A stretch of DNA of 64,000 bases from Cyanophora paradoxa CCMP329 (Eukaryota; Plantae; Glaucophyta), in NCBI GenBank assembly GCA_004431415.1, contig QPMI01000183.1, positions 107,758 to 171,757 on the forward strand. Direction: 5' to 3'. Under the pieces are notes generated by a model. The model ran no database searches, was not told where the DNA came from, and worked only from the letters and a program-made list of their open reading frames with translations. Position numbers and translations under genes: made by a program. Positions 24,180 to 38,209 of the stretch are shown here, piece after piece. Each line of letters begins with the position of its first letter. Position 1 is the first letter of the stretch.

Positions 24180-27100
24180 ATGTCTCCCGCGCCAGTGGCT
24201 GCTTCGACGCTCAGCGCCGCGAAAGCTGGCGCCTCGGTTTTGGCGGACAGCCTGCGCGAGGTCAACGCGACTTCGGCGGATCTGCTGGACCTCCTGCATG
24301 CGGCGCAGTCGTCCAATGAGCGCGAGTACGTGGCACTCGACGTGCCGATCTTCAGCCGGCGGCCCGCTGTGGTTTTCCCGCCCGCTCTTCTCGACCAGTA
24401 CTCGCGTGCGCCGGGAGTTCCGCTCGCGGTTTGCCATGGGAGCGCGCTCGCGCTCACGCTCGTTCCGCAGAGCTCCAGTACAAGTGCTTCATGGGCCTGC
24501 TCCCGGCGATCAACCGCGCTTATCTAACGATCGACAACAAGCTCTTTCTCTGGAATTACGCCAATGGGTGCGCCGCGCGGCCCGCCGCCTGCTGGCCAAG
24601 TGATTGATCGTGCAGCAGGAAGGACATATGCGAGTTTTCCGGCGTCGATGAGATCATTGTAAGTGTTGGGCTTGTAAAACCGAGGCCGGATGTATTCGTG
24701 GATGAAATTAAGTACCTTCTCGTCATTGCCACACCCCTCGAAATCGTTCTTCTTGGCGTGTGCTTCCAAGGGGGCTCGCCTTCCGGCACCCTTGTCCTTT
24801 ATCCGAGTAAGTACAGTCTCTTGCAATCGTTCATTAGAAGAGTCTGATGTTGGGGCCCTTGCAGCTCAGCTGTCCATGCCCTCTGACAAGATCGACATGT
24901 TGCGCATTGTTGGCACGGACAACGGACGGATTCTGATGGGTGGCAAGGATGGCAATGTTTACGAGGTTTGCTGATTTTATTCTAAAATAGACCTCGACGT
25001 ATTAGAGTCCTGATGTAGAGCAGATCATCTATCAATCACAGGAGGGTTGGTTCTCAAAGCGATGCAAAAAGGTCAACGTTTCCAAAGGCAGGCTGAGCAT
25101 GCTCGTTCCCCATTTCTTCCGGTGAGTGAAAAGCGATGAAGATATTTTTCAGACACTGACTTTCCGCAGCTCTTCCGTCGATCCGATTGTGGACATTGTG
25201 GTGGATGAGCAACGCCACATACTTTACACGCTTTCTTTACCAATGACAATCCAGGTAAACACTTCGAGTGCTGTTCCACACACGGTGACTCACCTCCGTG
25301 CATTGCAGGTCTTTTACCTCGGCGAGCGAGGCGATTCTATATCCATGGTCGCTCAGTGGAACAGCCTTGCTCGCGATGGAAAAACATGCACCCCACAGTA
25401 CTCCGAGTGGATCGTACAAGCGAAGAGCATTGTTCACCTGGCCCCTGTCTCTCCCTCCGAGTCGTCAAAGATCACACTTGTTGGCATCACGAACAATGGA
25501 TTGCGCTTGTTCTTCACAGTGTTCTCAGATGTGAATCCGTACACTCTGCAGGTGCATTCTCGCCAATGTCTTTGACATGCACATGGGTGTAAGTTTCACG
25601 GACAGAATGGGGGTGGACGGTCAACTCCATCATCACTCCAGCTCATTGCAGTCCGACTTCCTCCAGACCCTCCATCGGCTGGGGGCTCTGCGTTGCTTCA
25701 GCAAGCCCGTGCTCCCACTTCCTACCATGTGCACCTTGCCCATTACCATAATGGAACCATGCTCCTTGCCGACTCCCGCACCGAGGTTCCAGAATAATTT
25801 TGTTTGAGTTTATCTGCTGCGCGCTAATTCATGGATTCTAGGATTTGGACTCCCTTGTCGGAACTGTGCCTGACACAGCCTTCTTCAACAACGCACAAGC
25901 ATACAGGTGGAGGCATCTTTATGCTCATTCTCATTTTCATACGCCTGATGGACTTGGTAGTTCGTATGCATACGGATCAACAAGGAAGCCCCTGCGTGAA
26001 TGTGTGGCGGGGCTCGAGGTACTTCTTCGCTATTGCGTTGTATACAGGCGCAAGTTGAAGCTTATTGAACTTCGCAGATCGAAGGTAAAATTTGGGCGTT
26101 TGCAGAGACACCATCTCCTGGAGGCTCATCTCTTTGCGGGGAACTGCTTCCGAACCAACCACAATCTGCCCGAGAATTCTTGTGCCTTACAACGACCGGC
26201 GTTCATCGTGTGACAAAATCGCGAGCTGTCGATCAGTTGCGCGATCTTTTGAAAGCTAACGAAAGTGAAGCTGTCAAGGTGGGTATTTTCGTTCCTTTTA
26301 CCAGGCAACATCTGATTTCTGGATATTCGAACAGAAATTCTTTGAACGTTTTGGTGAGAGCCTGTCATGCGCTATGTGCCTTCAATTGGCATGCGAAGCT
26401 CAATCGGGTCAGTGTATTTGAATATCCGTTCAGCCAGTCCTCATCTTGGGCCAGACCTCGTATCTGTTGCATCTCAAGTTTTCTTTGAGTATGGTGGGGC
26501 ACCTAGCTTTGAGACGAGAGCAGAAACAGTTCCGGGTTTGTTCTGATTGTTGGTCTCGAAATTGTTTTTTACGTGCTAACAGGTCTTTAGCTGCAGGCAC
26601 TGGTGACATGGGGCGAGCTATCACGACCCCGCAGCTTCGCCACTCAGGCTGTTACCGTGGCTTGAATATTAGCTTCGCATGTGTAGTTCTTCCCTTCTGG
26701 AGCAATAGTATCTTCTCGGCAATGCCTGGTGGCACATACAAATGCAGGTAATAGGGCTTCAGAGTGTCACATACATGTTTTGCTTTGACACAAGCCCCAA
26801 TCAGATTCACGTCGGAGCAGCTACAGCGACTGCACACATCGGTTGGCCAGCTCTTGGGCTTCCTAACAAGGAGTGAGCTCTTGTGTTTTTGAAAGTGTCA
26901 GCAATGTGTTGACACTCAATATTTCCGCAGATCCTCAGTTCCTCAAGGCCAGTGCGTCAACAGGGGATACGAATGAGACGAAGACATTATGGAAGCGGAT
27001 GATCAGTCTCCAGAAGCGCCCTCAGAATGAACCAGCAATGAAGGTCTGTCAAATTGCGTGCATCGATCATTTCAATCCTTATGCCGCAGTCAGGCCGAGC

Positions 27101-29138
27101 AAAAATGCCTTGGAGATGTTCAAGTGACTCTACAGCGAACTGCTCACGCAGCCTTCCTGCTAGCCTTTCTCAACGACCACATGCTCAGCAGGCTGCTAGA
27201 GAGGTGCAGGTCATTTACGAGTGCGAATAGTTTGAGACATGATGTGCCCGCAGGCTCCCACCTGAGATGCAGCAGCGGTGCTTGTCAACAACTTTCTCCC
27301 AGCTTGTTAGCAGTGAAGATGGAGCCGCAGTGGCCCGCACATTGGTGTCTTGCTTGCTGGATCAGTACAGTCAAGATCGGTCTACGGTGTGAAAGTGCAG
27401 TACTTGCGCTTTGAAAGCTGCATGGCTAATTCTTTTTCGCACAAACAGATCAGACATCTGAGCGAGGCACTGAGCGAGAACTGTGGAAGCTTCTTTAGCT
27501 GGGCAGAAGCAACACTGTCAACCGGGAAGGATCTGTTGTCGAAAGCACGAACCGTTACTTCCCCATCAGAACGTGCTGCATTGTACACAGAAGCGATACA
27601 GGTGAGGATCTTCAAGGTTTATGTGGTCACTTTTGAAGCTCATATGTATGTGCAGGTTTATCTGCAAATCGCCCAACAACCTGATGGAAATATCCTTGAT
27701 GCTGTCAGCGAGCTTGGGAAAGTTGGCTTTTGTCGTGGAGCAATCGACATTCTGCTTGCACGTCTCACTGTCTTGCATTCAAGTATGTGATCACTGTCCC
27801 TCATCCTCCAGACTTTCTTGATATCTCGATCAGGTGCTGCCACCAACGAGATCAAGCCAGATGACTTGAAGGCTGCAAAATCATCTTGCATTCAGGCTGG
27901 ACTTGCTCTTGCTGCACAGCTCAACGCAACACACCCCGCAGAATCTGTGGTCACGAGCGAGGTGTATTTCGCTGATTGGGTCCTAATTCGGTCACTGTAC
28001 ACCTCCTCAACCGCATACCCAGGTTGGACGGGCGATAATCTTGAGTAACATCCGCGATCTCCACTACGCATTCTATGATTGGCTGTATGACACGCGGAAA
28101 GAAGAGCTCCAATCTGTTCACTCAGCCTTCATCGAGGCATATCTGCTCGATCGAGACGTTCGCTTACTTGCCGAGCATTTCAAGCGCAGCGAGCGGTTCT
28201 CAGAGGCTGCCAATCTGCTCGCCAATCTTGCAGACAAAGCAGACCCTGGTCTTCCTCTTCGCTCCCGGATAGAGCTTTTGTCTCAAGCCATTGTGTCTGC
28301 ACGTGCATCATCTGTGGCTCCAGAGGTCCTCTCGGATTTGGAAGAGAAGCTGCAGGTGCTGGCCGCCTTCCCCCTCTATCCGGTGCTTCCTGCTCACCGC
28401 AGCATCACAACACTCAACAGGTAGCCCAGGCGCAACTGGAAGTGCTGCAGGAGCTGGAATCCGTGGGAGGCGATGAGGGGCGGCCAGCAGTGACTCAGCT
28501 CAACAGTAGGCTTCTGACTGTTACAGAACTCTTCAATGGATACGCTCAGAAATACGGCCTGTGGCGCTCGGCCCTTGTGCTGATCGAGACTGCGGAACAT
28601 GATGATCCTCCCGTTTGCCAGCAGTGCTGGAGGTCAGTGTTTTCTTCTTCCACAGTCTCACTCAACTCATTTGATTCTGCCCACAGCCGTGTGTTTGAAA
28701 GCCAGGGTCTCTCTGCAGCAACAAAGTCATTGAGTGGCCTGTCAGGTCTGGGTTTGAATGTCTTTAGTCTTGCTTGCAGGCATTAATTGAATGGTGCACA
28801 TTCTCAGCACGGACAGTGCCGGCAGAGGATGTGATTCTCTCTGCAATGAAGAGTGTGTTTCTCTCTGTTCTTGTGCTTTCATCTCTAGCCAACGAGTGCT
28901 TGCAGAGGCAGTGCAGACACCAGGAGCTGGTCCGACAGGCATAAAGGAGTTCGTCAGTGCAATATTGCGTATCCATCCAGTTCCTGTTGTTGTCGACGTG
29001 CTCAAGCGGGTGGCTTCGGAGGTGACAAGCAGCCATGCAGGGGGGCGTGTTCTGGAGGAGGCCCTCAGTGCCTTGGATTCCAGCAGCGCAAGCGACCTGC
29101 GAGCCCAGCTCCGAGTGACACGTTTCTCAAACCTTTAG
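24180..29138 (+). CDS. NUP155: Nucleoporin NUP155/Nup170
   Basis: CFMGLLPAINRAYLTIDNKLFLWNY, SVGLVKPRPDVFVDEIKYLLVIATPLEIVLLG, GTDNGRILMGGKDGNVYE, LHYAFYDWL, RIELLSQAI, LEEKLQVAQAQ, LLTVTELFNGYA. Confidence 0.95.
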
Positions 29139-29269
29139 CATTTGGACGCAAACTTTACAATTGTCCTGTGCCACGTTGCATTTTGATGCGACTTATCTGG
29201 CACGATGTCTGGACTAGCTGTTCTGAGTAGCAATGTTTGCAGCCGACATCTGGGCTCAGCTGCGTAGGC

Positions 29270-29358
29270 AAACCGAGGGTCGAAACCGAGGGCTCCCACT
29301 GGCCACGGGCTCAAATCGAAATCGAATCGAAACCGAGGGTCGAAATCGAGATTGAGGG
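29270..29358. repeat. Short degenerate repeats (AAACCGAGGGTCG / AAATCG)
   Basis: Three AAACCGAGGG copies interleaved with AAATCG units. Confidence 0.7.
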
Positions 29359-29638
29359 GTACTAGACGGGTGCAAGGCCCAAGGGGAAGGAACGCCACCC
29401 GAAAGGAACGATATCCTGTACTACTACTACTACGGTAGCTAACGAGCCCTGGAGAACGCACTAGCAAGCTGGCCGCGGCCAGCGGCCCGGCGGCCGGTGG
29501 CAACCTGGCATCGGTACTGTGGCACTCGTGACTAGGCGATCGCGAGGCCGGCACGCAGGCGCCATGGCCATACCGTGTACCAGGCCCTCACGAACCAGCA
29601 ACAGCCGGCGCCTGCCTCTGTAAGTATAAGCCTAGTAG

Positions 29639-30049
29639 TGTTGCGAAGCGTAGTTCCCCTTCCCTTTCGCTGTAGCGAATGTAGCATGTACGCTAGTGAT
29701 ACCCTGCCGGGCCGTCCCTTGTGTAGGGGTATGTCATTCAATCATACACGGATATTACGCGTGTGCGCACGTGCGTCCCGGCACGGCACTGCGCCGTGTG
29801 CGGAAGTGGCTTAGAAACCATCGTATAGACTTTAGCAGCTTCTTTTTCAGCGACTTTAGCAGCTTCTTTTCAGCGTCTTTTTAGCAGCTTCTTTTCAGGG
29901 CTGCTGCACTGCGGCAGGAACGCACGTGCGCACACGCGTAATATCCGTGTATGATTGAATGACATACCCCTACACAAGGGACGGGGTATCACTAGCGTAC
30001 ACGCTACATTCGCTACGGCGAAAGGGAAGGGGAACTACGCTTCGCAACA
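29639..30049. mobile_element. Non-autonomous TIR element (MITE), Ginger-like: TGT...ACA ends, ~140-bp TIRs, 4-bp TSD GTAG
   Basis: 29639-~29776 is the reverse complement of ~29920-30049 (2 substitutions, one 8-bp indel); GTAG at 29635-29638 and 30050-30053; 3x GACTTTAGCAGCTTCTTTT(T)CAG in the core (29828-29898). Confidence 0.88.
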
Positions 30050-30257
30050 GTAGAACCGTTGAACCCCGTACTAGAACCCCCACGAATTGAGTAACCACGA
30101 GCCACCGAGCCCTTAAAGAGGCACGAGTCGTCTAGCTAGTGTTTGTGGGGAACTGGCCGGCTTGCTGGTGGGCTGGAAAGCTATTGCCGCAGTGTGTACA
30201 CTTCGGAAGTTGCGATTTAGTTCGTGTCTAATTCAGGTTTGACACATACTCTGTCTC

Positions 30258-33200
30258 TCATGCCTTCTTTGAGAAAGTCTCGTTGATGCGAGCGGCATCA
30301 ATGGGGGTCGGGGTGGGTAGGAAGCGAACTCCAAGCGCTGGGAGCAACTCCGTGACTTCGAGAAGACTGGACTTCACGCTCCCAATGTCTGCGAGCTTCG
30401 AAATTAACCAGAGCAACTGAGTGAGGGAGAGGAGAAACACACCCTCGTTGGCCAGAATGTCAGCAAGCGATTGCACAATCGACGAGAAAGCCTTGGAGGA
30501 CTGGAAGCGCTGCAGCAGTGGTGCAGCCGCGCGGAGAAGGGCGACCGCAGCATTGCCATCAGCGACAGACAGTATCCACTTTGTGTTGAGCTTAGTGGCG
30601 AACATCTCCAACATGTCCTCTGACAACTTGTCTGCTGGCGTGTTCTGCACGAGGACTGCAGCGAGCCTGCAGAAGAAGTCTGTGCCTGATCTCGACACAT
30701 ACAGAACGCAGAAGCTCACAAGCAAAGGGCTGCGAACGTCTCTGGAGCGTCATCTTCGCCCTGAACACGGTTGATGATGCTCAGCACATCAGTGAGCAAA
30801 TCCTCTGGGACCGAGCATCCACTCTGTGCCAGATGCTCCAACACCATAATGTGGCCAACCTGCAAATCTTCACTTTCCTCCTCACTCGCCTGCTTGCTTT
30901 GTGAGAGTTCAAAGAGAAAGCAAACAGAGCAAGCAGTACCTCATGTACAAGTGAAGACAAGCCCGCTACAGCAATGCCTGCCTCTGCAGGGAATTTCTTC
31001 GCAAGTTCAACTGCGGACAGCTTTTAGAAAGAATAAGGCAAGCAAAAAGCAACCAAAAACGGGCTTGCCAGCAACGTCGAGGCCAGTGGCAACAACAGCG
31101 AAAGGAGAGAAAGCCCCAGTGATTGACAGTTTGTGAAGAGGGGATTGCACAGCGGAAGCCGTTTCTGAGTCGTCTTCCAGGCTGTCTACAGGGAGCGACT
31201 CCGCAATCTGGAGCAACGTCAACTTGATTCCGAAAGCATCACAAAAAGAGAGACACACAGCCTTGAGGACAGGTCCAGTGCTAGACCCGACTGCAAGCTT
31301 TTTCAAAGCAAGAAAAGCATTGCAGCGAATCTCAGAGTCTTGGATTGACGTGGAGCCGCACGACTTCATGCACTTGATGACAGCCTGACACAAGTTCGAG
31401 CTCTGCTTGCGAATGAGTGGGTTCATGCTGGCTGAATGCGGGATGGCACACCTCGCCGTCAGTGGCTGGAGCTTGAACCGAACAAAGTGTTGCGAGCTTG
31501 ACTTCAAATGAGGCAGACTTCCAAGATGCAATGTCGAAGTTCGCTAAAGGCGTTGGCACATCACCCATCCGCGGCACATTAAGAAGTTCAAGGCACAAGT
31601 GCAGAGCGTGTGCTGTTTCTCCGTTGCTCTTCCTGCAATACTGGAAGGTTAGTGCAGACAATGTTCATGACTGAAGTGCCTGGCGCACTTCAGTAGTGTT
31701 GCGTATAAGCTCGACAGGCACTTAGACGCCTTGTCCACCCCAACGGAGGCAAGGGAAGAGGCTACACGAGTGCAGATAAGGAGCAAATAGAGCTTCTCAG
31801 CAGTCATCTCTTTGAGCTCGACGTCGTGGTTATCCTCATCTTCCTCATCATCGTCATCACCATCCTCATCAGCCTCATCCCTAAACAAAAAATGTGAGGC
31901 AAATTAGAAAAACCAGCAGCAGGTCACTGACGGATCAAACTCGAAGTCTTCAGCCTTGCCAGAGGCGAAAGCAACGATGTAGGCAGCAAGCTTCTTCAGC
32001 AGTGCCTCGCACTTGTTGAGGGCACCAACCTTTGCGACCCAATCAGCGAAAGCAAGCTGCTCTTGACTGGAGGCGGCCAACCTGCTTCACTACAGGAATC
32101 ATGAGGCTGACAGCTGTCATGCAGTTGCTTTGAACAACAGCACTATCACGGCTGAGCTCAATTAGTGCGCCTTGGATGGCCGTAGAAAGAAGTTTTGCGG
32201 CATGCTGCTTGTACGATGGCACCACTGCAAGGCCAGGTTGGCTTGCGATGTAGAGGAGTGCTCTCGCGATACCCTGCACCCAGCTCTAAAAAAGCCCGAT
32301 AAAGGCAAACACAAGGCTTGTTTGACCTCGCGACTCTCTTCTTCTGGGTTATCCTCCTCAGAGAAGCTGAAGCGCGCCTTAAGGCCCTTGGCAAAGGCAG
32401 CCAGAAGTGCATCATTTTTAAAAACTGCCGTTTCGAAGCGGCCATCTGCAGGGGGCACTTGAGCAACATTGCAGAGCACAAATAGTGAACTGAACGCGTA
32501 CTGAAGAGAGAAACCATCACAGGGACTGCCGTGAAACGAACGTTCTCGTAAGAGCTGAATGCCAGGCAGATGAGCGGAGTGACCAGAACTGTGAGAGCGT
32601 CATCGCCAAGCTCTCTGTCCCAGTGCCGGATGGCTGAAGCAACACACTGCACAGTGAACAGTCAGATTTCACGAATCAACGGAGAGCACAAGCATGCCTT
32701 GAGACCCTCAATCACAATGTTCTCCGTATCAGCGGCAAGGACTTCCACAAGCGTCTTGGGAAGCTCGCTTTTAATGGTTTTGACGAGCTGCTCCTGGCCA
32801 CGGAGGTTTGATGCTGCACATGACAAGAACTTGGAAAGGGCAGCCGATGCTGCAGCACGAGGGTAATCGGGAAGCTTCCCAGCACTGCAGCAAGGATCAG
32901 AGAGAAGCCACATGCGGATAGAAGATTGCAGACGTGTTTAGAGTTCCCTTGCACAAAGCACGGAAGATATTTTCTGCCATGGGGCCTTCCTTCAATTTTG
33001 GTGGGTACACAGTCTGGCCAATTACCTCCTCGAATGCTGCGAACGCAATGGTTAGGCCTCGCAGAATACAAGACAGCTGCAACACCGAATACTGATTACC
33101 CTTGAAGACACTCTCGCGGACATCGGTGTTCACAGCCTCACATTCCTTGAGAAGAAAATCGATGAGAGCAGGTGTAAGGTGGCTGAGGGCCTCTGCCTCA

Positions 33201-35094
33201 CTCCCCAAGGCTGTCGTCACTGCCTTCCAGTTCTTGACTGCACTGTCGCGAATCGGGAGCGATGAATGGTACTTGTTCTTGAAAATAAGGCATTGCAACG
33301 GCCCCAGGTGATCCTGCAAACAAGATCAGCAGAAATAGAGAAGAAGAAGCAAATTCTAACCTTTACTGCAGGCGCTGCGAATGAGTTGCCCACTAGCCTG
33401 AACACGCTCTGGCCACCGGCATCCAGGAGGGTGGCTTCTGGAGAGCTGAGAAGGTGAACAAGCTGGGGCAGAAGCTCCTTCGCGAAACGATCGCTTGCAG
33501 AACCACTCCCGCTTGACTGCGCGAATCCATCCAGGTTAGCGTGCAAGTATTCACGTGCGCACAACAGAACTCGTACGGTAAATTTCAGGGAGAGAGAAGA
33601 CATCGCGTTCGCGAGGCTGTCGACCGACATAGATTCAAGCTGACATTGAGACAGGAAAAGGTCCGTCAATGCAACAGCTGCTGCCGCATTTGCCGAACCA
33701 ATCGTGCTCGCGCTTTGGCTGTATCGTACAAGCTGTCAGTTCAGTCACATACACAGGCTGATAGTTCGTGCCAACCTTGCATCAGCTGACACGAGCGGTT
33801 GTTTAACCTGAGCAGCAAGTGCTGTCGCAAGGGCACTCTGGAAATCAGCCGACAGGCTCCCAATCTGTCATGACAGTGAGAAAACATTGGAGACTCCACC
33901 GGAACAGGAAATGGCTACCAAAGTGGGCTGTCTGCAAATGAGGGTAAGGGCCGTGCCAAGCCCATGCCGCTGCTCCCAGCGCGAGGCGGTATTGATCCGA
34001 TCCAGCAGAGCTTGAATCTCCTGCTGAATGTTGCTCGATCCAGAGACATTCAGAACCTTCATGAGGACGGCGTAGTGCAGCCGAGCAGCAGCCTAAAAAT
34101 GACGATCAGCACTTAAACATGCAAGCAAAGCATGAAGCGTGAGAATACCTTCCTGGCATCGATGTTCTCGTCATCCATGCGCTCAAGGGCTGTCCGCCTG
34201 ATTGCTGCCTCGAGCTCCGTACCAATCCACAGCTTGTCAATGCTTCCGAGCCGGACTAGCCGCTCAAGCGCTGCAGATAAAAAGATCTGTCATATAATGC
34301 ATCACATATCATTCTGCGCCGGCTAGACCTTTGAGAGACTGCAGGCGAACGTAGTTCGAGTAACCCGCAATGCTTGAGAACGAGGTATGCCGGATAAGCA
34401 CGTCACAGAGGAAACTGCGAAGAGCGCACTCAGGCATTATCGAACAAACCAAAGCTGCGAGGGGACCTCAGCGATTCAGGCGACAGAGAGGAAGCGCGGC
34501 ATGCGATGTAGCCAACAGCAATCATGAAGCCTTCCAGTGTTTGCCACGACTCGTTCTGCTTCGTCGCGCGCTCAATACCGGCCTTGCACTCCTGCACCAG
34601 CCTTTCACCGAGCTTGGACGAAAGAACTCCCAGGCACTGCGCTCTCATTTGCCCGAGCGCCGCGCGCATGACGCGCGCGCGTGACGCACCTGCGCCGTGG
34701 CATCGCGAACTTCGCGCTTGTCGTCGGCCAGGTGCTCCAACAGCACGTGCAGATTGTCGTGAAGGAGGGGCTCCAGCGGGCGCTTCGTGTTTTGAAACGC
34801 AGCTGCGATGCCGTAGATCGAAGACTGAACGAGGTTCCATTTCGGGTAGCCGAACAAGTGCCGCAGCGCGGCGATGGCGCGCTCAAGGACGGCGTCAATC
34901 GGCTCGCCGGACTTGATCTCGTCGAGCACGCGGTCGAGGGCATTGATCAAAGGAACATAGTCACTGTCGCTGTACGCATCGAAAGCGTCAGCCGGATGGA
35001 GCGCGCGTTCTATGAATCAAAACGATTACTTCTTCTTTGGCGTGGCGGCAGTCGTCTTCTCGAGCTCGTCAATCAAGCGCGGAAGGTTGGCCAT
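30258..35094 (-). CDS. Large HEAT/ARM-repeat protein (some ECM29/GCN1-like motifs; orthology unresolved)
   Basis: HEAT signatures LLEHLADDKREVRDATAQCLGVL, SWQTLEG, RWEQRHGLGTAL, KYHSSLPIRDSAVKNW, NTDVRES, DSEIRCNAFLAL; many short introns. Confidence 0.75.
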
Positions 35095-35334
35095 GCCCAC
35101 GACCGTCGAGCGTACAGCCCACGAGCGAGCAGCTAACGGGCGATCCGACGCGCTCGTCTCGAGGGGGTACCGTACGCTAGAGTTAGCTAGAGCCTCGTAG
35201 AGCAAGTGCGACGAGCCTCGTAGTTATGGCTGACGTGTCGTGCAACAAGAGTGCGCCTAATTAAAGCCTTGCAAACCTTCCCGCCACGCGCGCGCGTCGC
35301 AGCAAGCGTCAGCCTCGAACCCGCCCTCCAGACA

Positions 35335-38020
35335 ATGGAGAGGCCTGCGCTCTTCCGCACAGAAGATCCCGTAACGAATCTCGTGCTGCGGGTCACACTG
35401 AGGCGCGTGCGGGCCGCGGCCGGCGTTCAGCTGTCCTATCAAGCCACTGGCGCCTCCGCTGCCGGCGCTGACATCGAGTCCGACGACTTGGGAGATGCTA
35501 ATGAGATTGTGACTACGCTTAGGTGGCAGCAGAAGGTCTTCAGCCCGAGGTGAGCTCCCTCGTTCAAATTCTCGCGCTCGGGCGCAGCGCTCAACCTTAC
35601 CCAGGGAGGTTGCGCATTATTCTACGCTAGCGAATCCGCGGACGCCCCTGGAGCAGCGATACGCCGATGAAGTGAAGTCGCTCGTGGCCTCGAGCGACGA
35701 CGGTCCCCCCGTGAATCTAGTGTTCACTTACGTAGACGTCGACGAGTATGTGGACCGAGCCGAGCTGGAGCGTGCAGCAACGACGTCCTCCGGCGAGACC
35801 CTCACACCGCTCGCTCGAGAAGTGCTGGTGAGCCCATCTCCCGGGCGAAGGGCGCTTCTCAGTCCCGCTTACACCTTTACCGTGCAGTCTGCAAGGATGC
35901 GAAGAAGGCGCGGCGGGGCGGCGAGCGCTGTCGCTGCCGGAGCAGTAACAGTCGACGGGCATCTTCCAATCTCGGATGCCAAGTGCCAACGCATGGCCAT
36001 TATGGCTTGCTTGGACATGACGTACGATTTGCCTTTTGTTCTTTGCTTCCTCGGCCCTGACCAGGTTGCAGTAAAAGACAAGAAGATAAGATAACAAGCA
36101 AGAGCCGACGCAGGAAAGAGCAAGCCAACAAGGAGAAGAAAGCAAAAGACGAGAAAGCTCAGGAAGTTGGTGGATCAGAATCCAAGACAGGAGAGTGAGT
36201 TCATCTTATCTTTCTCAATTTACTCAACGCTTAATAAAGAACAGGGATGCTGAGGCAGATGCAGCAGCAGCTGCTGCAGCTGAGCAACAAGCGAAAGAGG
36301 AGCAGCGAGGACTGGATCCTCAAAGTGGTTTCGAGAAGGCAAGCTCTGCACGACATTCTCTTGCGTTTGACAAATTTCTGGCGTTTAATCCTTTTCGAAC
36401 TCAAGGTTTTGTGCTACTTGAAGTACTACAGCACAGGAACTCTCGAGATGCGGGTAGGAAGCTATTTATCTGCAGCTTCCCCATTGAATGCTCACTGTCT
36501 TGGCAGCCTGGTTTCTGTGTGAGTGAAGGCGACTCGTACCATTTCACCACACCACGAGGGGTTCAATACGAATTTATCGTTCAGGTTTGTCACGAGCCAG
36601 CATGTCTCAACGCTGTACTTCTATCAGTCATTCTAAAAGCAGAATCTGTCGGACATCCCTGATGATGATGAGCGGACAAGGAGAGACACGGCAGCCGAGA
36701 ATTTGAGGTAGAATTGTTTAATTTCTCAACCGTGAGTACTGGAGTCAGAAACTGTTTGCAGAGCTGTCGAGCTGCGGCAAGCGGTTGTTGGGACAGAATT
36801 CATAGCCCCGCCAGGGGGCCTCACCTCCCGTGTTACTGTGTTTGGGCAGGTGCTTAAGCAGACGTGATAATTTCGGTACATTGCCAACTGACACGACTCT
36901 TTGTAGGTCGCTGCTGCTCGAGGATTTACAGCACAAGATCTGTGCGTATTTGGTCGCTGAGCGGCTTCATCGATTTTTGACCACATGTATATTCAAAGGT
37001 ATTTCGAATACGTAGTGGATGTTCCGCCAGGCTGGCAGTCCGAGGGGGGATCACTGCTTCAGGTTTGCCCATGTCCCTTTTCGTTGTCTTTATATCATAA
37101 CAAATTGAGCTCGTGCAGGCCGTGTCGCATTGTTGTACAGTGAGCGATCCCTGGTATAGAAAGTACCACCCTCCAGCTTTCCGGGTTGTAGAGGAAGACG
37201 ACCAAATTTCGTCCTGGGAACCAATCGCACATTTCTGCTATCCATTGGAGTTGGAGTTCCTGTGCAACAATGGTACCAATGAACAACTTTTTAGTTGTTC
37301 ATCGCTAAAAAGTTGCCGTGCAGATGACGAATCGCCCATGATCTACTTTCAGGTTTATCTTCACGTAAACCACCTTTCGCATCGCACTCACGCTTGTTTC
37401 TTCAGGTTAATAGCTACGACGATTGGGATCGCAACTGTGTCCATGGCTATGGGTATTTGTCGTTACCAACCACGCCAGGTTTGATGGGCTCCCTTGCTCA
37501 TGCGCTTCGGGTTGTGCTCACATCTGGGCAGGACGGCATGAACTCACTGTTCAGATGTGGCGGCCAGCTGGAACACTGCGGTCCAAGCGAGCAGAGTTCT
37601 TTTTGGGTGGCTCAGCCAGTCTGTCATCCCCAAGTGCTGTTGCCAAGGGTGCAACCCAAGGACAGGTTCGGAATTCTTTTTGTTGGTGTTGCACAGCAAA
37701 TTGGTAAATAAGACAGCAGGGAGGCGTGTCGAGCAAACTTGGTTTCAAGACAGAGGCTGCTGGCGCCCTCACGGTCTCCCTGCATGTCGCTATTCAAAAA
37801 GCGTGCGTTCAGATGAGCAGATGACCCAGCCCTTCCCTGATGATGATAATGATGGTCTTGCAGGGAGCATGCTGTCGTGAGGGCAGCGGCAGCACCAGCG
37901 ATGCTGTCGAGGGGAGGTCCATTGCGGCCGCGCGACACAGGCCCGAAGTCCATTGCAGAGATTCTCCAGCGGGCAAGGGAGCGGCTTGCTGCTGTGCGCC
38001 GTGCCAAGAAACGGGAGTAG
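35335..38020 (+). CDS. MKS1: Meckel syndrome protein MKS1 (B9 domain, ciliary transition zone)
   Basis: FRTEDPVTNLVLRVTL, WQQKVFSP, VFTYVD, HFCYPLELEF, YFQVNSYDDWDRNCVHGYGYLSLPTTPG, WRP..FFLGGS, ILQRARERL. Confidence 0.92.
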
Positions 38021-38209
38021 TGACTGATGTTGAATCGGACGTGACATGTGATGTTTAGTGCTGGGCGACAATGAGTAGAAAACTGTCGAAAGATCGTGTT
38101 TGCTCTATCAGTCGAGTGCGGCTCTTGCCTGAAGGCTCGGCTAGCGCTGGTCCGCCATGAGGCCCTGAGAAGGAGCACATGTACAGCGACTCCGCTGGGC
38201 CGGACCCAG

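Noticed and set aside
29639-30049. Solo LTR (TG...CA with TSD)
   Set aside because: The ~140-bp terminal inverted repeats fit a TIR/MITE element rather than an LTR
36020-36410. Possible frameshift or dual-frame exons in MKS1 (E/K/A-rich versus R/K-rich reading)
   Set aside because: An open GT-AG-consistent path exists; it cannot be resolved without cDNA and lies in a low-complexity insert
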